Assembly: GCF_000392435.1 (NCBI RefSeq)
Contig: NC_021219.1
Span: 450,001-482,000, forward strand
DNA: 32,000 nucleotides
Reading direction: 5' to 3'
Origin: Candidatus Saccharimonas aalborgensis
GTDB lineage: Bacteria > Patescibacteriota > Saccharimonadia > Saccharimonadales > Saccharimonadaceae
The notes beneath the pieces are model-generated. The model searched no databases. It was not told the origin of the DNA and saw only the letters and a list, made by a program, of their open reading frames with translations. Shown here piece after piece: positions 18,288 to 27,494 of the stretch. Every line of letters begins with the position of its first letter. Position 1 is the stretch's first letter. Both the position numbers and the translations under genes were made by a program.

Positions 18288-21116
18288 TTAGGCAAGCAAC
18301 TTACTCTCAAAATCTAGGGCAAACTCGCTTTCAGGGCGTGGGTCAGTGTTATAGAACTTTATACCGATTGGCTTTATTTCTTTGTAGCCGTGCTTACTCA
18401 TTTCAGCCAGATAGTCTTTGTATGCCTGCTTATCGTTTTCGTTGGTATCAAACACAACTTCACTGTCATCGTTTAGGCTTATCAAGGCTTCTTCTTTCCA
18501 AGCGTCTTGTTCAAGTATATGTCCGCCCTTTGGCTCAATAATGACTTGATAATACAACTGTTGATTGACCACATCGTTGATAATAAGCATATAGTCTGGG
18601 CTAAACCTGCGACCATCTTTTAGGCTATATAGCCAGTAGTCTAGTTCGTTACGAATAAGGTATATTTCCGAACCTTTGTATTTGGTGTGTAAGTCTTCAA
18701 TCTGGCTCGCAAGATATTTCACAAAGCGTTTTTCTTCGCTCGTACCGTAGTTTTCGCTATACGCATACCAGTCAGCACCTTCTACGTTGAACTGTAAGTC
18801 AGGATTGTCGTGGTCGCTTTGGGCTTTGGCTCGCTCGTCAGTGCTAATAAACACCTTCTCGCCAGTAGCAGGGTCAATGGACGGAAATGACATAAGGTAT
18901 ATGTTCTTTTCCCTACCGAACACCTGCGATAACGACACTGGGCGAAACTTGTTACTGCCTGCTTCTCTTGGCATAAAAATGTCTATACGTCTACGAACTT
19001 CTGGCAATATCGCACCAACAAGCAATTGTAGTTTTTCCTGTGCGTTCAGTAAGCCAATGTCTTTGCCGTCTTCGTAAGTGTAGGTAATCTCGTATTTAGG
19101 CAGATACTTCTCAATCAGCTCATCAACCGTCTTCAAGTCAGGTATATGCTGAACCAAGTTGTTGTAGCGGAAAAAGTTTGCTTCGGCTGAAACTAACGCT
19201 TTGCGAATAATAGGCTCAGCAAAAAACTCATCGGTAATGCGAATAACTTTTGTTTTCTGGCTCGCAATTTGTTGGTTTTGCTCGTAGTCAGACAAGCCCC
19301 TTGCTCGCAGATTATACAAGCCTGCCTTTATAGTGCGGTTGAAAGTAGTGTCTATTTCATCATCGGTTGTTTTGGTTCGCTTGACTGTATGATTGACCAG
19401 CACAAAGCCTTTCTTGTAGGTTTCGCTTTCAAGAAACTTCTGTTTGAGCGTAATGGTCTTTCGCTCAACACCTTCGTTTATAATGCCTTCGCCAAGCAAA
19501 TCACGCTGTAAGTTTTCTAGAAACATACCAGTCTTTACAAAGTGATACACAAAGGTTTCTAGCACACGCCCACGCTCAAAAGGTGCGTTATCAAACTTTC
19601 GGCGGTCTTTATCAAACTCTAAATTGCGTTGCGTAAAGTCCAGTGCGAGCCTACCGTCATCGGCGTCAGGTTTATACGAGCGTGGCAGTTCATACGGAAA
19701 ATACCTAGCCCCACGACCAATCAACTGAATATCTTGTAGCGACACCTTTTTGGCTTCGCTAATATCAAAGTGGATTATGTCGTAAAGGCTCAATACGTCC
19801 CAGCCTTCGTTCAAGGCATTGACGCTAAATATGGCACGAATAGTATTACGTGGGCTGTCCAGTAACGGCAACAGTTCGGCTTTTTCTTTCTTCTGGCTGT
19901 TGTATATCAGCGTATTATCGTGGGCAAAACTGGCTCGTATTTCACTGACGAACTTGTTCAAACCTTCCCAGTCGCCTTGCGAAACCATACCGTTTTTAGG
20001 CTCACGAAGCCAATCAAACATATCCTTCAATATCTCGTGTTCGTGATTGTGATTTTCTTTGCCAAGTTCCTGTAAGCGTTTCAAGTCATCTGGTCGTAGA
20101 CTAGAAACTACCGTATCAAAGAACGCACGGTCTTCTTCGCTCTGGGCAATCTTTACGGACTTTACCAGCACAATCGGTTTCATATCTACGCCCATTTCAC
20201 GCTCGGCTAAAAGTCTACGGTATTCACTCAAAGCAACAGCGTTTATTATCAGCAGACGCTTTTGGTCTTCGGTATGAACTTCCTTGTTGTATAGGAACTT
20301 CACATCTTTGCTATACCCATCACGGTTGAATTGTAAAAAGTCGTAACGATGAACAAGTTTATCTTTATACTTTTCGTGTATGGCTTGATTGGCTAAATCA
20401 ACCGTTGCCGTGTATTCAAGTAACAGGTTTTCTTCACGAGCCTTGACCGCCGATAATACGGCAGTTTCCCAGTTTCGCACTTCTTCAACATCAGCCTTCT
20501 TTTTGCTTCGTGTATCTACGTTCAGCCTGTGTGCCTCATCAGCAATAACAACTACATTATTATCTACAAAGTCTTGGGCTGTCAGTCCGTTTTCACGGTC
20601 TTCAAGCAGACGGTTATAAAGTAGCGAGGTGCTGAAAAACATAAAGTTGATAGCGTTGCGGTCAGCGTCCGCTATGCTTTTTGTTTCTTTTACGGCTACG
20701 TTACGCCCATTTACACGAACGCCTTTTGGATTGAACAAATACTTCTCAAACTTATAGTCGGTAAAGTTTTTTAGTGCTTGGTCTTTGATTTGTATTTGAT
20801 GAACTAGAAACAAGAAGTTGCGGTAGCCTTGTGCGTAAAGATAAAGCACCACAGACGCCATTACAAGCGTTTTTCCTGTGCCAGTCGCCATATTGAACAA
20901 CAAGTGTTTGGCGTTGGCTCTGTCGGTTTCGTATAGCCAAATAAAGTGCTTCAAGGCTACTACTTGGTATTCACGCAGGGTCTTGCTCAAATTGTCGGTA
21001 ACGTATTCGGGAATAGTGTAATCGGCTTGCCACGCTATATAGGCAGGGTCGTTTTCTATCTGGTTGAACAGAAAGTCATTGAGCGTAGCATTTATTTTAG
21101 TTTTCGTTTTCGCCAT
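18288..21116 (-). CDS. res: Type III restriction-modification system, restriction/helicase subunit (Res)
   Basis: Walker A NMATGTGKTLVMAS; VVVIADEAHR; C-terminal nuclease-like FSPDYMLIINDVVNQQLYYQVIIEPKGGH. Confidence 0.93.
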   Translation of the reverse strand: MAKTKTKINATLNDFLFNQIENDPAYIAWQADYTIPEYVTDNLSKTLREYQVVALKHFIWLYETDRANAKHLLFNMATGTGKTLVMASVVLYLYAQGYRNFLFLVHQIQIKDQALKNFTDYKFEKYLFNPKGVRVNGRNVAVKETKSIADADRNAINFMFFSTSLLYNRLLEDRENGLTAQDFVDNNVVVIADEAHRLNVDTRSKKKADVEEVRNWETAVLSAVKAREENLLLEYTATVDLANQAIHEKYKDKLVHRYDFLQFNRDGYSKDVKFLYNKEVHTEDQKRLLIINAVALSEYRRLLAEREMGVDMKPIVLVKSVKIAQSEEDRAFFDTVVSSLRPDDLKRLQELGKENHNHEHEILKDMFDWLREPKNGMVSQGDWEGLNKFVSEIRASFAHDNTLIYNSQKKEKAELLPLLDSPRNTIRAIFSVNALNEGWDVLSLYDIIHFDISEAKKVSLQDIQLIGRGARYFPYELPRSYKPDADDGRLALDFTQRNLEFDKDRRKFDNAPFERGRVLETFVYHFVKTGMFLENLQRDLLGEGIINEGVERKTITLKQKFLESETYKKGFVLVNHTVKRTKTTDDEIDTTFNRTIKAGLYNLRARGLSDYEQNQQIASQKTKVIRITDEFFAEPIIRKALVSAEANFFRYNNLVQHIPDLKTVDELIEKYLPKYEITYTYEDGKDIGLLNAQEKLQLLVGAILPEVRRRIDIFMPREAGSNKFRPVSLSQVFGREKNIYLMSFPSIDPATGEKVFISTDERAKAQSDHDNPDLQFNVEGADWYAYSENYGTSEEKRFVKYLASQIEDLHTKYKGSEIYLIRNELDYWLYSLKDGRRFSPDYMLIINDVVNQQLYYQVIIEPKGGHILEQDAWKEEALISLNDDSEVVFDTNENDKQAYKDYLAEMSKHGYKEIKPIGIKFYNTDPRPESEFALDFESKLLA

Positions 21117-22806
21117 AGAACTTGTCCGTTAGTGCCTTTTCGTCTGCTGACACTGTATGCCGTGTGTCGTTCATATCGGCGTAGTTTAGGTATAGTTGGT
21201 TTTCGTCCAGTATGTCGGCAAGTGCCTGCTTGCGACCATCTAAATCTTTGTTTCGGAAGTTTTCGTCTTTCTCAAACTCGGCACGGTCAAACCAAAACTT
21301 CAAGAAGGCGTTGTTACGCATATCAACATACAAGTCTTCCAGTTCCTTTATGCTCGTGGCTTCCATAATGGCGTCAAGGTATTCTTGGTTGTATTTCTTC
21401 AACTCAAAATACACAAACGAAGTGTCGCCGTAATACTTCTTTATGGCGTTCTCTAAACGCTTGAAAGTAACATTGTTTACGTAGTTCATTTGCTCAATCA
21501 AGATAAACTTACGGCTACCCCCATCTTCGGCATTTTGAGCCATTACAGCCTGTGCGGTAGTGCCTGAACCACCAAAGAAGTCCAGCACGATGTCATTAGG
21601 CTCTGTGCTGATTTGTATGCTGTCTTTTACTAACGCTACTGCCTTCGGGTAACTAAAAGCCTTTTCGCCAAGCAAGTCTTTCAGACTTCCTGTGCCAGAC
21701 GCACCAGAGTATTCAGGCTTGAACCAAACCGTTTTAGGCTTTTCGCCTTTCATACGGTCTTTGGTAAATAGTCTATATTCGCTATCAACCTTTCGTGCTT
21801 CTATCTCTGTTTGCCACTTTTCTTCAACCATAGCCTTACCCCAACGCCATCGTCTTTCAACACCGTTGGTGTCAATAGGCAGTATCTCTACGTAGCCATC
21901 AGATGACGGCTTACTTGTTGTAATGTCCTGCGTGTCTGGGTTGTAGAAAATAGGGTAAAACATCGTGGGTCGGTCTTCACGCAAAGAACCATCGCCACTA
22001 CGCTGTAAGGCACGTCTTTTGTATCTACCTAGTTCGTCTTCAAGTTGGAAGCGGTCTGAATTATCAAGTACCAACTCTTTTATCTCTGCCTTTTCAGCAT
22101 TTTTGGCATACACAATCTTATTTTCGTGTGCCTGTGAAAAGAACTTGTTGAAACGTCCGCCAAGATTGTTTACTACCGCCAAAACACCAATTCTATTCTC
22201 AAAGCCAAAAATCTCATCAGCCAAAACGCCCAGATAAAATAGTTCGTAGTGGTCAATGTCTATAAAAATCATACCGTCTTCGGTAAGTAGTTCTTTGGCA
22301 ACTTCCAGCCTGTTACGCATAAAAGTAAGCCACGAACTGTGATTGAAGTTATTGTTGTAGGCAAACGTATTGGCGTCTGTGCGTGTGTTGTAAGGCGGGT
22401 CAATGTAAATGAACTTCACTTTGCCAGCCAACTTCTCACGCAGAGTATAGAGTGCCAAAAGGTTATTGCCCTTGATAAGCAGGTTTTGCGTCAGGTTGCC
22501 GTCATCGTCAAAGAACGAAACATCGCTACTCGCAGTTAGCGGTCTTTCGCCGTCCTTATCAACATAGCGGAAGTCAGTCAGCACCTTTGGTTCTTCAAGC
22601 GTGTCTATATCTTTGGTGTCTAACTCTTGATGTAAAAAGCGTTCATCACGCCCCACATCTTCTTTACTCATACCTGCTTCCAGCACGGTGTCCTTGAACG
22701 GAAAAGACAATACAACGTCATTATCGTTCTTTATGAAACTGCCCCTGCTAGTGCTGTATAAGCCAATTTTATTCGGTAATTCGGTATATCTGCCTTTTTG
22801 TGCCAT
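21097..22806 (-). CDS. mod: Type III restriction-modification system, DNA methyltransferase subunit (Mod)
   Basis: FIYIDPPYNTRTDANTFAYNNNFNHSSWLTFMRNRLEVAKELL, DIVLDFFGGSGTTAQAV; directly upstream of res with short overlap. Confidence 0.93.
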   Translation of the reverse strand: MAQKGRYTELPNKIGLYSTSRGSFIKNDNDVVLSFPFKDTVLEAGMSKEDVGRDERFLHQELDTKDIDTLEEPKVLTDFRYVDKDGERPLTASSDVSFFDDDGNLTQNLLIKGNNLLALYTLREKLAGKVKFIYIDPPYNTRTDANTFAYNNNFNHSSWLTFMRNRLEVAKELLTEDGMIFIDIDHYELFYLGVLADEIFGFENRIGVLAVVNNLGGRFNKFFSQAHENKIVYAKNAEKAEIKELVLDNSDRFQLEDELGRYKRRALQRSGDGSLREDRPTMFYPIFYNPDTQDITTSKPSSDGYVEILPIDTNGVERRWRWGKAMVEEKWQTEIEARKVDSEYRLFTKDRMKGEKPKTVWFKPEYSGASGTGSLKDLLGEKAFSYPKAVALVKDSIQISTEPNDIVLDFFGGSGTTAQAVMAQNAEDGGSRKFILIEQMNYVNNVTFKRLENAIKKYYGDTSFVYFELKKYNQEYLDAIMEATSIKELEDLYVDMRNNAFLKFWFDRAEFEKDENFRNKDLDGRKQALADILDENQLYLNYADMNDTRHTVSADEKALTDKFYGENEN

Positions 22807-22827
22807 TTGTCGCTACTTCCTTATATG

Positions 22828-22846
22828 TGCTAACACTTCGTTAGCA
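22828..22846. promoter_or_regulatory. Operator box 1, TGCTAAC-N5-GTTAGCA (perfect IR), upstream of mod
   Basis: tgctaac acttc gttagca, 22 bp upstream of the mod start. Confidence 0.6.
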
Positions 22847-22885
22847 AACCATCTGTTATCAAATATAACAAATTATCACTTGTTT

Positions 22886-22904
22886 TGCTAACTCTCTGTT
22901 AGTA
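22886..22904. promoter_or_regulatory. Operator box 2, TGCTAAC-N5-GTTAGTA, upstream of XRE regulator
   Basis: tgctaac tctct gttagta; same architecture as box 1, start-to-start spacing 58 bp. Confidence 0.6.
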
Positions 22905-22935
22905 GTGTTTGACATCTTTGACAGCGAAAATAACT

Positions 22936-23172
22936 ATGATGGCATACGCTAATAAAGCATTTGACGCCTTCACTGTAAAACTTGGTCGTAAGATACAGGA
23001 ACTTCGTGAAGCCAAAGGTTACTCGCAAGAAAAACTTGCGTATTTGTCCGATTTGGACAGAGTTTCAATTGGCTATATTGAGCAGGGTCGTAGAAGCCCA
23101 AAACTCTCTACCTTGTTCGTATTGGCAAAGCAGTTAGATGTTAGCGTTGCGGACTTCTTTACTGGTTTATAG
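22936..23172 (+). CDS. XRE-family HTH regulator, possible R-M controller (track start 22909 TTG; ATG at 22936/22939 likely)
   Basis: LGRKIQELREAKGYSQEKLAYLSDLDRVSIGYIEQGRRSPKLSTLFVLAKQLDVSVADFF. Confidence 0.92.
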   Translation: MMAYANKAFDAFTVKLGRKIQELREAKGYSQEKLAYLSDLDRVSIGYIEQGRRSPKLSTLFVLAKQLDVSVADFFTGL

Positions 23173-23179
23173 TTGTTGG

Positions 23180-23368
23180 TTAGTTTGATTTTTCAATAAA
23201 CTTTATTAAGTCGGCTTTTTTGTATCGCATAGCCTTGCGTGTTCCAAGACGGAACGCCTTCAATGTACCGTTTCTGTCCCAATTACGAAGCGTTGGCTGA
23301 CTGACTTGTAGAAACTTGCTCGCTTGGGCAAGCGTCAGGTATTCAGGTTCGTCATTTTTAGCGTTCAT
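23180..23368 (-). CDS. MerR/excisionase-type helix-turn-helix protein
   Basis: EYLTLAQASKFLQVSQPTLRNWDRNGTLKAFRLGTRKAMRYKKADLIKFIE. Confidence 0.9.
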   Translation of the reverse strand: MNAKNDEPEYLTLAQASKFLQVSQPTLRNWDRNGTLKAFRLGTRKAMRYKKADLIKFIEKSN

Positions 23369-23392
23369 ACTACCAATATCATATAATAAGTA

Positions 23393-23414
23393 CCAAATAC
23401 TTGGAAGTATTGGG
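23393..23414. promoter_or_regulatory. Imperfect palindrome with AATACTT-GG-AAGTATT core between divergent genes
   Basis: AATACTT 23396-23402 / AAGTATT 23405-23411, outer CC/GG also complementary; between starts at 23368(-) and 23429(+). Confidence 0.45.
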
Positions 23415-23428
23415 AAAGACGTAGCGAA

Positions 23429-24178
23429 ATGGCAGATGACAAAAGTAGTAAAGAAGTTTCACTAAACCTAGATGACCCGAAATATAGTAAGGGGCTGTCT
23501 GTTGGCGAGTGGCAAAAACTTTCCAAGCAAGACCCAACTACGCTGACCCCTTCACAACAAAAATCACTTACGCAAGCAAACGATAGTTTTAGAGAAGCCA
23601 CAAAGGGGCTATCTGCTCAACTGGCTAATATGACCAAAGGTATTTCAATACCTGGCATACGCTCGCTTATACCCGATATTCCAAAGGCGTCAGTCTTGTC
23701 TATGTCAGACTTCTCACTACCGCCAATTGAAACATACCAGCCTAACTTTGATGAGATAGACTTTACGCCCGATACAACAATGGTTGATAACCAAATCAAA
23801 CAGACCGCTTTATTAGAACGCCTGCTTGAAGTCCAAAGCCAACAGCAACAAAATAGCGATTTGATGAAACTGATTGAGCCTCGCTATGACCGCAAGAAAC
23901 GAGTTATTACGTTTGCCAATACCCAAGTACGACTAACTGCCGACAGCGACAATGAAATTATATGTAAGAAGTTATTCTGGGACGGACGCCCCGTAAGACG
24001 CCCTGTTGAAAAAGGCGACATTATGGAACTGCTAGGTACTACCGACAAGAAGGCTTTCTATAACAAAGTCGCTTCACTGAACAAAACCGTTGAAAAAGCG
24101 ACAGGTGTTGAAAAGTTATTTGATTTTGTTGATAAAAAACTCTGGTTCAATACCAAATACGTAGAATTACCTCTGTAA
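23429..24178 (+). CDS. Hypothetical element protein (249 aa)
   Basis: Good ORF of mobile-element style; no recognised family; C-terminal segment LLGTTDKKAFYNKVASLNKTVEKATGVEKLFDF. Confidence 0.65.
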   Translation: MADDKSSKEVSLNLDDPKYSKGLSVGEWQKLSKQDPTTLTPSQQKSLTQANDSFREATKGLSAQLANMTKGISIPGIRSLIPDIPKASVLSMSDFSLPPIETYQPNFDEIDFTPDTTMVDNQIKQTALLERLLEVQSQQQQNSDLMKLIEPRYDRKKRVITFANTQVRLTADSDNEIICKKLFWDGRPVRRPVEKGDIMELLGTTDKKAFYNKVASLNKTVEKATGVEKLFDFVDKKLWFNTKYVELPL

Positions 24179-24214
24179 GACGTCTGCGGACACCTACTTT
24201 CACATACTGGAAGT

Positions 24215-24427
24215 ATGGACAACCAAATAGAGCCAAAGCCAAATACAGCCGTTATTGACGAGCCTGAATTGGTATTAGACGAAGACGAGCAATTTCAACT
24301 CGCCAAGTTTCTTGACGCTCTTTTGGAAGCCGATATGACCAACAAAAGTAACGAAAGGAAGCAAAGTAGTGAAAGCGTTTTATCACACAATAGCAGTAGC
24401 AACTTTTCATTTGAGCCGATGGGCTAA
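24215..24427 (+). CDS. Small acidic hypothetical protein (70 aa)
   Basis: Co-directional ORF within the element; ELVLDEDEQFQLAKFLDALLEADM. Confidence 0.5.
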   Translation: MDNQIEPKPNTAVIDEPELVLDEDEQFQLAKFLDALLEADMTNKSNERKQSSESVLSHNSSSNFSFEPMG

Positions 24428-24521
24428 CAGCCTAGCCTACGGTCTTGCCGTTGCCTGTAAGTGGGCAACAAACAAAGACATTGAAAAAGATTTAGAAAGG
24501 CAACGCAAGCGATGGTCGTAA
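24369..24521 (+). CDS. Candidate short ORF (50 aa, GTG start) absent from track
   Basis: Translation (V/M)KAFYHTIAVATFHLSRWANSLAYGLAVACKWATNKDIEKDLERQRKRWS*; AAAGGAAG upstream as possible SD; fills the gap between ORFs and its stop overlaps the ATG at 24512. Confidence 0.35.
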   Translation: MKAFYHTIAVATFHLSRWANSLAYGLAVACKWATNKDIEKDLERQRKRWS

Positions 24522-24811
24522 GCGAAGTCAATGTAACACCAGTCAAGCCAAACAACGGCTTGATAGCCATAGCCAGTGTAGTTTTAGACGATAGTATCTA
24601 CCTAAACTCTATTGCCGTTTATACCAAACTGGACGGCTCGTATCGCCTACTATACCCGACTAAACAAGTGGGCAATAAGTCAGTTGGCTATCACTACCCA
24701 ATCAACCGACTAACTAGCAGGCTCATAGAAGACGCCGTATTCAAGAAATGTAGCGAACTGTTTGAAGGAAGTAGCAATGATAGACACGGTAAAAATACTC
24801 CTGACTTATAG
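24512..24811 (+). CDS. SpoVG-family-like protein
   Basis: GLIAIASVVLDDSIYLNSIAVYTKLDGSYRLLYPTKQVGNKSVGYHYPINRLTSRLIEDAVFKK resembles the SpoVG fold. Confidence 0.6.
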   Translation: MVVSEVNVTPVKPNNGLIAIASVVLDDSIYLNSIAVYTKLDGSYRLLYPTKQVGNKSVGYHYPINRLTSRLIEDAVFKKCSELFEGSSNDRHGKNTPDL

Positions 24812-25901
24812 CAGTCAGCCGAAATGGGTAACGGAAGCCAAACTATTCACTAACGTAGACGCCACCAAAGGTGTCTTCGTGGCATACAACAACCCAAGTA
24901 GCACCTATAAGAAACTAGGCATTTACCAACCACGCCTTACCTACACCGAAAGACCAAGAGGTAGACATATCAAGTCGTATCAACTAGCGATTGAGTTTTC
25001 TGCCCCAAAACTACTATTCAGCAACAACTTCACGGAACTAGCGGACACTGACTTTGACGCTGTTATTGCCAAACTGTCGGAAGTGCTACGCACGACTTAT
25101 GGCGTATGGGCATTTCCACACCTATTGGCTAACGCCCAAGTGGGCAAAATAGACTACTCAAAGAACATCGTGTTTGATGACCGCACACCAGTTTCAACTA
25201 TCACTGAAATACTGCGTAAAGCCGACATATCACGCCGTTACGATGTTCAGCACACCAACTTCAGGAATGGCGGACACGTTTACCACATACACACTAACGC
25301 TCTTGATATTGCCTTCTATGACAAAGTTGCCGACTTACGTCAAAACAAAGTCAGCGAAAAACGCAGTTACGAAAAAGGCGGTTATACGCAATTGAGCCTA
25401 CTAGACGAATTGGAAAAGCAAAAGACTGTCAGCGTTGCTCGTTTTGAGATACGACTAAATGGCGTTGCTAAACTACGCAAAGAACTAAAAGTTATTGGCG
25501 TTGATAGCACTGACATTACCTTTCGCACACTATTCAAGACCGACATATCACGCAAGGTGCTACTACGGCACTGGAAGAACATATTTGATGAACTGCCCAA
25601 AGCACCGTTTGCCGTGCTAGACAGTGCCGAGCAAAATCTTATTTCATACAAGCAGTCATACCCATACGCAAAGCCAGCCGAAACAGCCTTTGCCGTAATG
25701 CTCGCTATGATACGCAAAGACCACGATGACGAACGCTATGTCCGTAATGTCATAGAAGAATTGTTTGGCAAGCACACATACTACCGATACAAACGTAACG
25801 GACGCTCGCCACCGACCAAGACCCAGCTCAAAACTTTACTACATATAGAAGCCACGCTGACAGAAATGAAACCTGTGAGTATTGACGACTATACGCTGTA
25901 A
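24777..25901 (+). CDS. Replication initiation protein, phage/plasmid gene II/X (Phage_CRI)-like
   Basis: MIDTVKILLTYSS..., SYQLAIEFSAPKLLFSNNFTELADTDFDAVIAKLSEVLRTTYGV, VGKIDYSKNIVFDD; ATG 24777 preceded by AAGGAAG. Confidence 0.68.
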   Translation: MIDTVKILLTYSSQPKWVTEAKLFTNVDATKGVFVAYNNPSSTYKKLGIYQPRLTYTERPRGRHIKSYQLAIEFSAPKLLFSNNFTELADTDFDAVIAKLSEVLRTTYGVWAFPHLLANAQVGKIDYSKNIVFDDRTPVSTITEILRKADISRRYDVQHTNFRNGGHVYHIHTNALDIAFYDKVADLRQNKVSEKRSYEKGGYTQLSLLDELEKQKTVSVARFEIRLNGVAKLRKELKVIGVDSTDITFRTLFKTDISRKVLLRHWKNIFDELPKAPFAVLDSAEQNLISYKQSYPYAKPAETAFAVMLAMIRKDHDDERYVRNVIEELFGKHTYYRYKRNGRSPPTKTQLKTLLHIEATLTEMKPVSIDDYTL

Positions 25902-25970
25902 ATTATAAAGTATTATTAGCAAATATCATCAAATAGCACTATAATTCAACTATGATAAGGAAAAGCCACT

Positions 25971-27494
25971 ATGAAAAACGAAGTAACCGACTACGAAGGC
26001 GTCAAAGCCTTCAACATTGCTCGTGTATCAGACCCACGACAGACTGACGCCCTACCAGCACAAAAACTACGCCTAGACGCTTACAGCAACAGGCTCAAAC
26101 TAAATAGCGAATACTACGCTTTTGACGAAACCGCCTATAAGGAAGACCGCCAAAAGTTTCGTGAGATTGTTGATAATATCAAAAAATACCCGAACTTCTG
26201 TATCGTGGTATTTGATAAGATTGACCGCTTTACAAGGGACGCTTCTAGCGACATCGTTCAAACAATGAAAGGCTTGGTCAAAGAAGGCAAGATTGAACTA
26301 CACTTTCCATCTGACAACCTGATTTACCACAAAAACTCGCCTGCCAGCGACAAAACACGGCTTGGTATGGGTATGGTCTTCGGCGAATACTACTCATCGG
26401 CTATTAGCGACAACGTAAAACGCCGTCAGGAACAGAAGGTAGCCATTGGCGAGTTTCCTGGCAAAGCACCAGTCGGTTACAAGAATATCAACATCACGGA
26501 CGCCAACGGCAACATTATCAGCAAAGATATTGTGCCTGACCCTGTTCGTAGCAAGTATATTGTCAAAGCCTACGAAATGCGTCTTGATGGTAAATCGTTC
26601 CGCACCATCGCCAAACAACTCAAAGAGGACGGCTTACGAGCCAACACAAAAGGACAAGGTATTGTTTCCCAAAGTCAGATACAGACTATGCTTATGAACC
26701 CCTTCTATTACGGCGTAATGCGGTATAACGGCAAAGAATACCCACATAAGTATCAACCAATCATTGAAAAGCGATTGTTTGATAAGGTTCAGTTTCTCAA
26801 CGAAGACCGTAACAATAACAGCCACAAGACCCTGACACGCCAAGTCTTTACGTTTAGTGGCATTGTTCGTTGTGCTACCTGCGGTTGCTCATACTCATCT
26901 TACGAAAAGAAAGGGCGTGTTTATATGCGTTGCTCAAAAGCAAGACGAGATACGATTGACTGTAACCAACCGCCAGTACCAGAAGCCGAACTTTTACCGC
27001 AGGTTGATGACTTGCTGAAACAATTGTCTATTAGCGAAAGTATCGTCAATCAGGTGTTGGACGTCTTGAAGGGCGAACACGACAATATACAGTTGTATTA
27101 CCGTAACGCTATCAAAGAAACCAAAGACAAGGTTGACGTTATAGACAAGCGACTAGAAACGCTATACGAAGACCGCCTGGACGGACGTATTACTACGCCT
27201 GACTATGACAAATACGTAACTAGGTACAAAGCAGAAAAGGAAGAATTAGAATATAGGCTCGTTGAATATACCAACAACGATAAAAGTTTCATTTTGACCG
27301 CTTCACATCTGTTAGAACTAGCCCAAAACGCTCGTAGTATCTTCCAAAGTTCGCAACCTGCCCAAAAGAACAAAATCTTGAAGGCTCTACTTGCGAACTG
27401 CCAAATCAACGAAAAAAGGCTTCAACTCAATCTGTTGAAACCTTTCTCGGTACTTGTTGACAGCACTCTTTCACAAAATTGGCTCCCGCTATAG
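25971..27494 (+). CDS. Large serine recombinase / site-specific integrase
   Basis: FNIARVSDPRQTDALPAQKLRLDAY (resolvase domain), FDKIDRFTRD, recombinase domain GKAPVGYKN...IQTMLMNPFYYGVMRYNG, zinc ribbon VRCATCGCSYSSYEKKGRVYMRCSKARRDTIDCNQP. Confidence 0.96.
   Translation: MKNEVTDYEGVKAFNIARVSDPRQTDALPAQKLRLDAYSNRLKLNSEYYAFDETAYKEDRQKFREIVDNIKKYPNFCIVVFDKIDRFTRDASSDIVQTMKGLVKEGKIELHFPSDNLIYHKNSPASDKTRLGMGMVFGEYYSSAISDNVKRRQEQKVAIGEFPGKAPVGYKNINITDANGNIISKDIVPDPVRSKYIVKAYEMRLDGKSFRTIAKQLKEDGLRANTKGQGIVSQSQIQTMLMNPFYYGVMRYNGKEYPHKYQPIIEKRLFDKVQFLNEDRNNNSHKTLTRQVFTFSGIVRCATCGCSYSSYEKKGRVYMRCSKARRDTIDCNQPPVPEAELLPQVDDLLKQLSISESIVNQVLDVLKGEHDNIQLYYRNAIKETKDKVDVIDKRLETLYEDRLDGRITTPDYDKYVTRYKAEKEELEYRLVEYTNNDKSFILTASHLLELAQNARSIFQSSQPAQKNKILKALLANCQINEKRLQLNLLKPFSVLVDSTLSQNWLPL

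Noticed and set aside
18251-18541. Plus-strand ORF (96 aa) over the end of res
   Set aside because: Antisense to the strong res ORF; composition does not look like a real protein.
21212-22539. Plus-strand ORFs of 60-91 aa across mod
   Set aside because: Antisense to mod, which has intact methyltransferase motifs.
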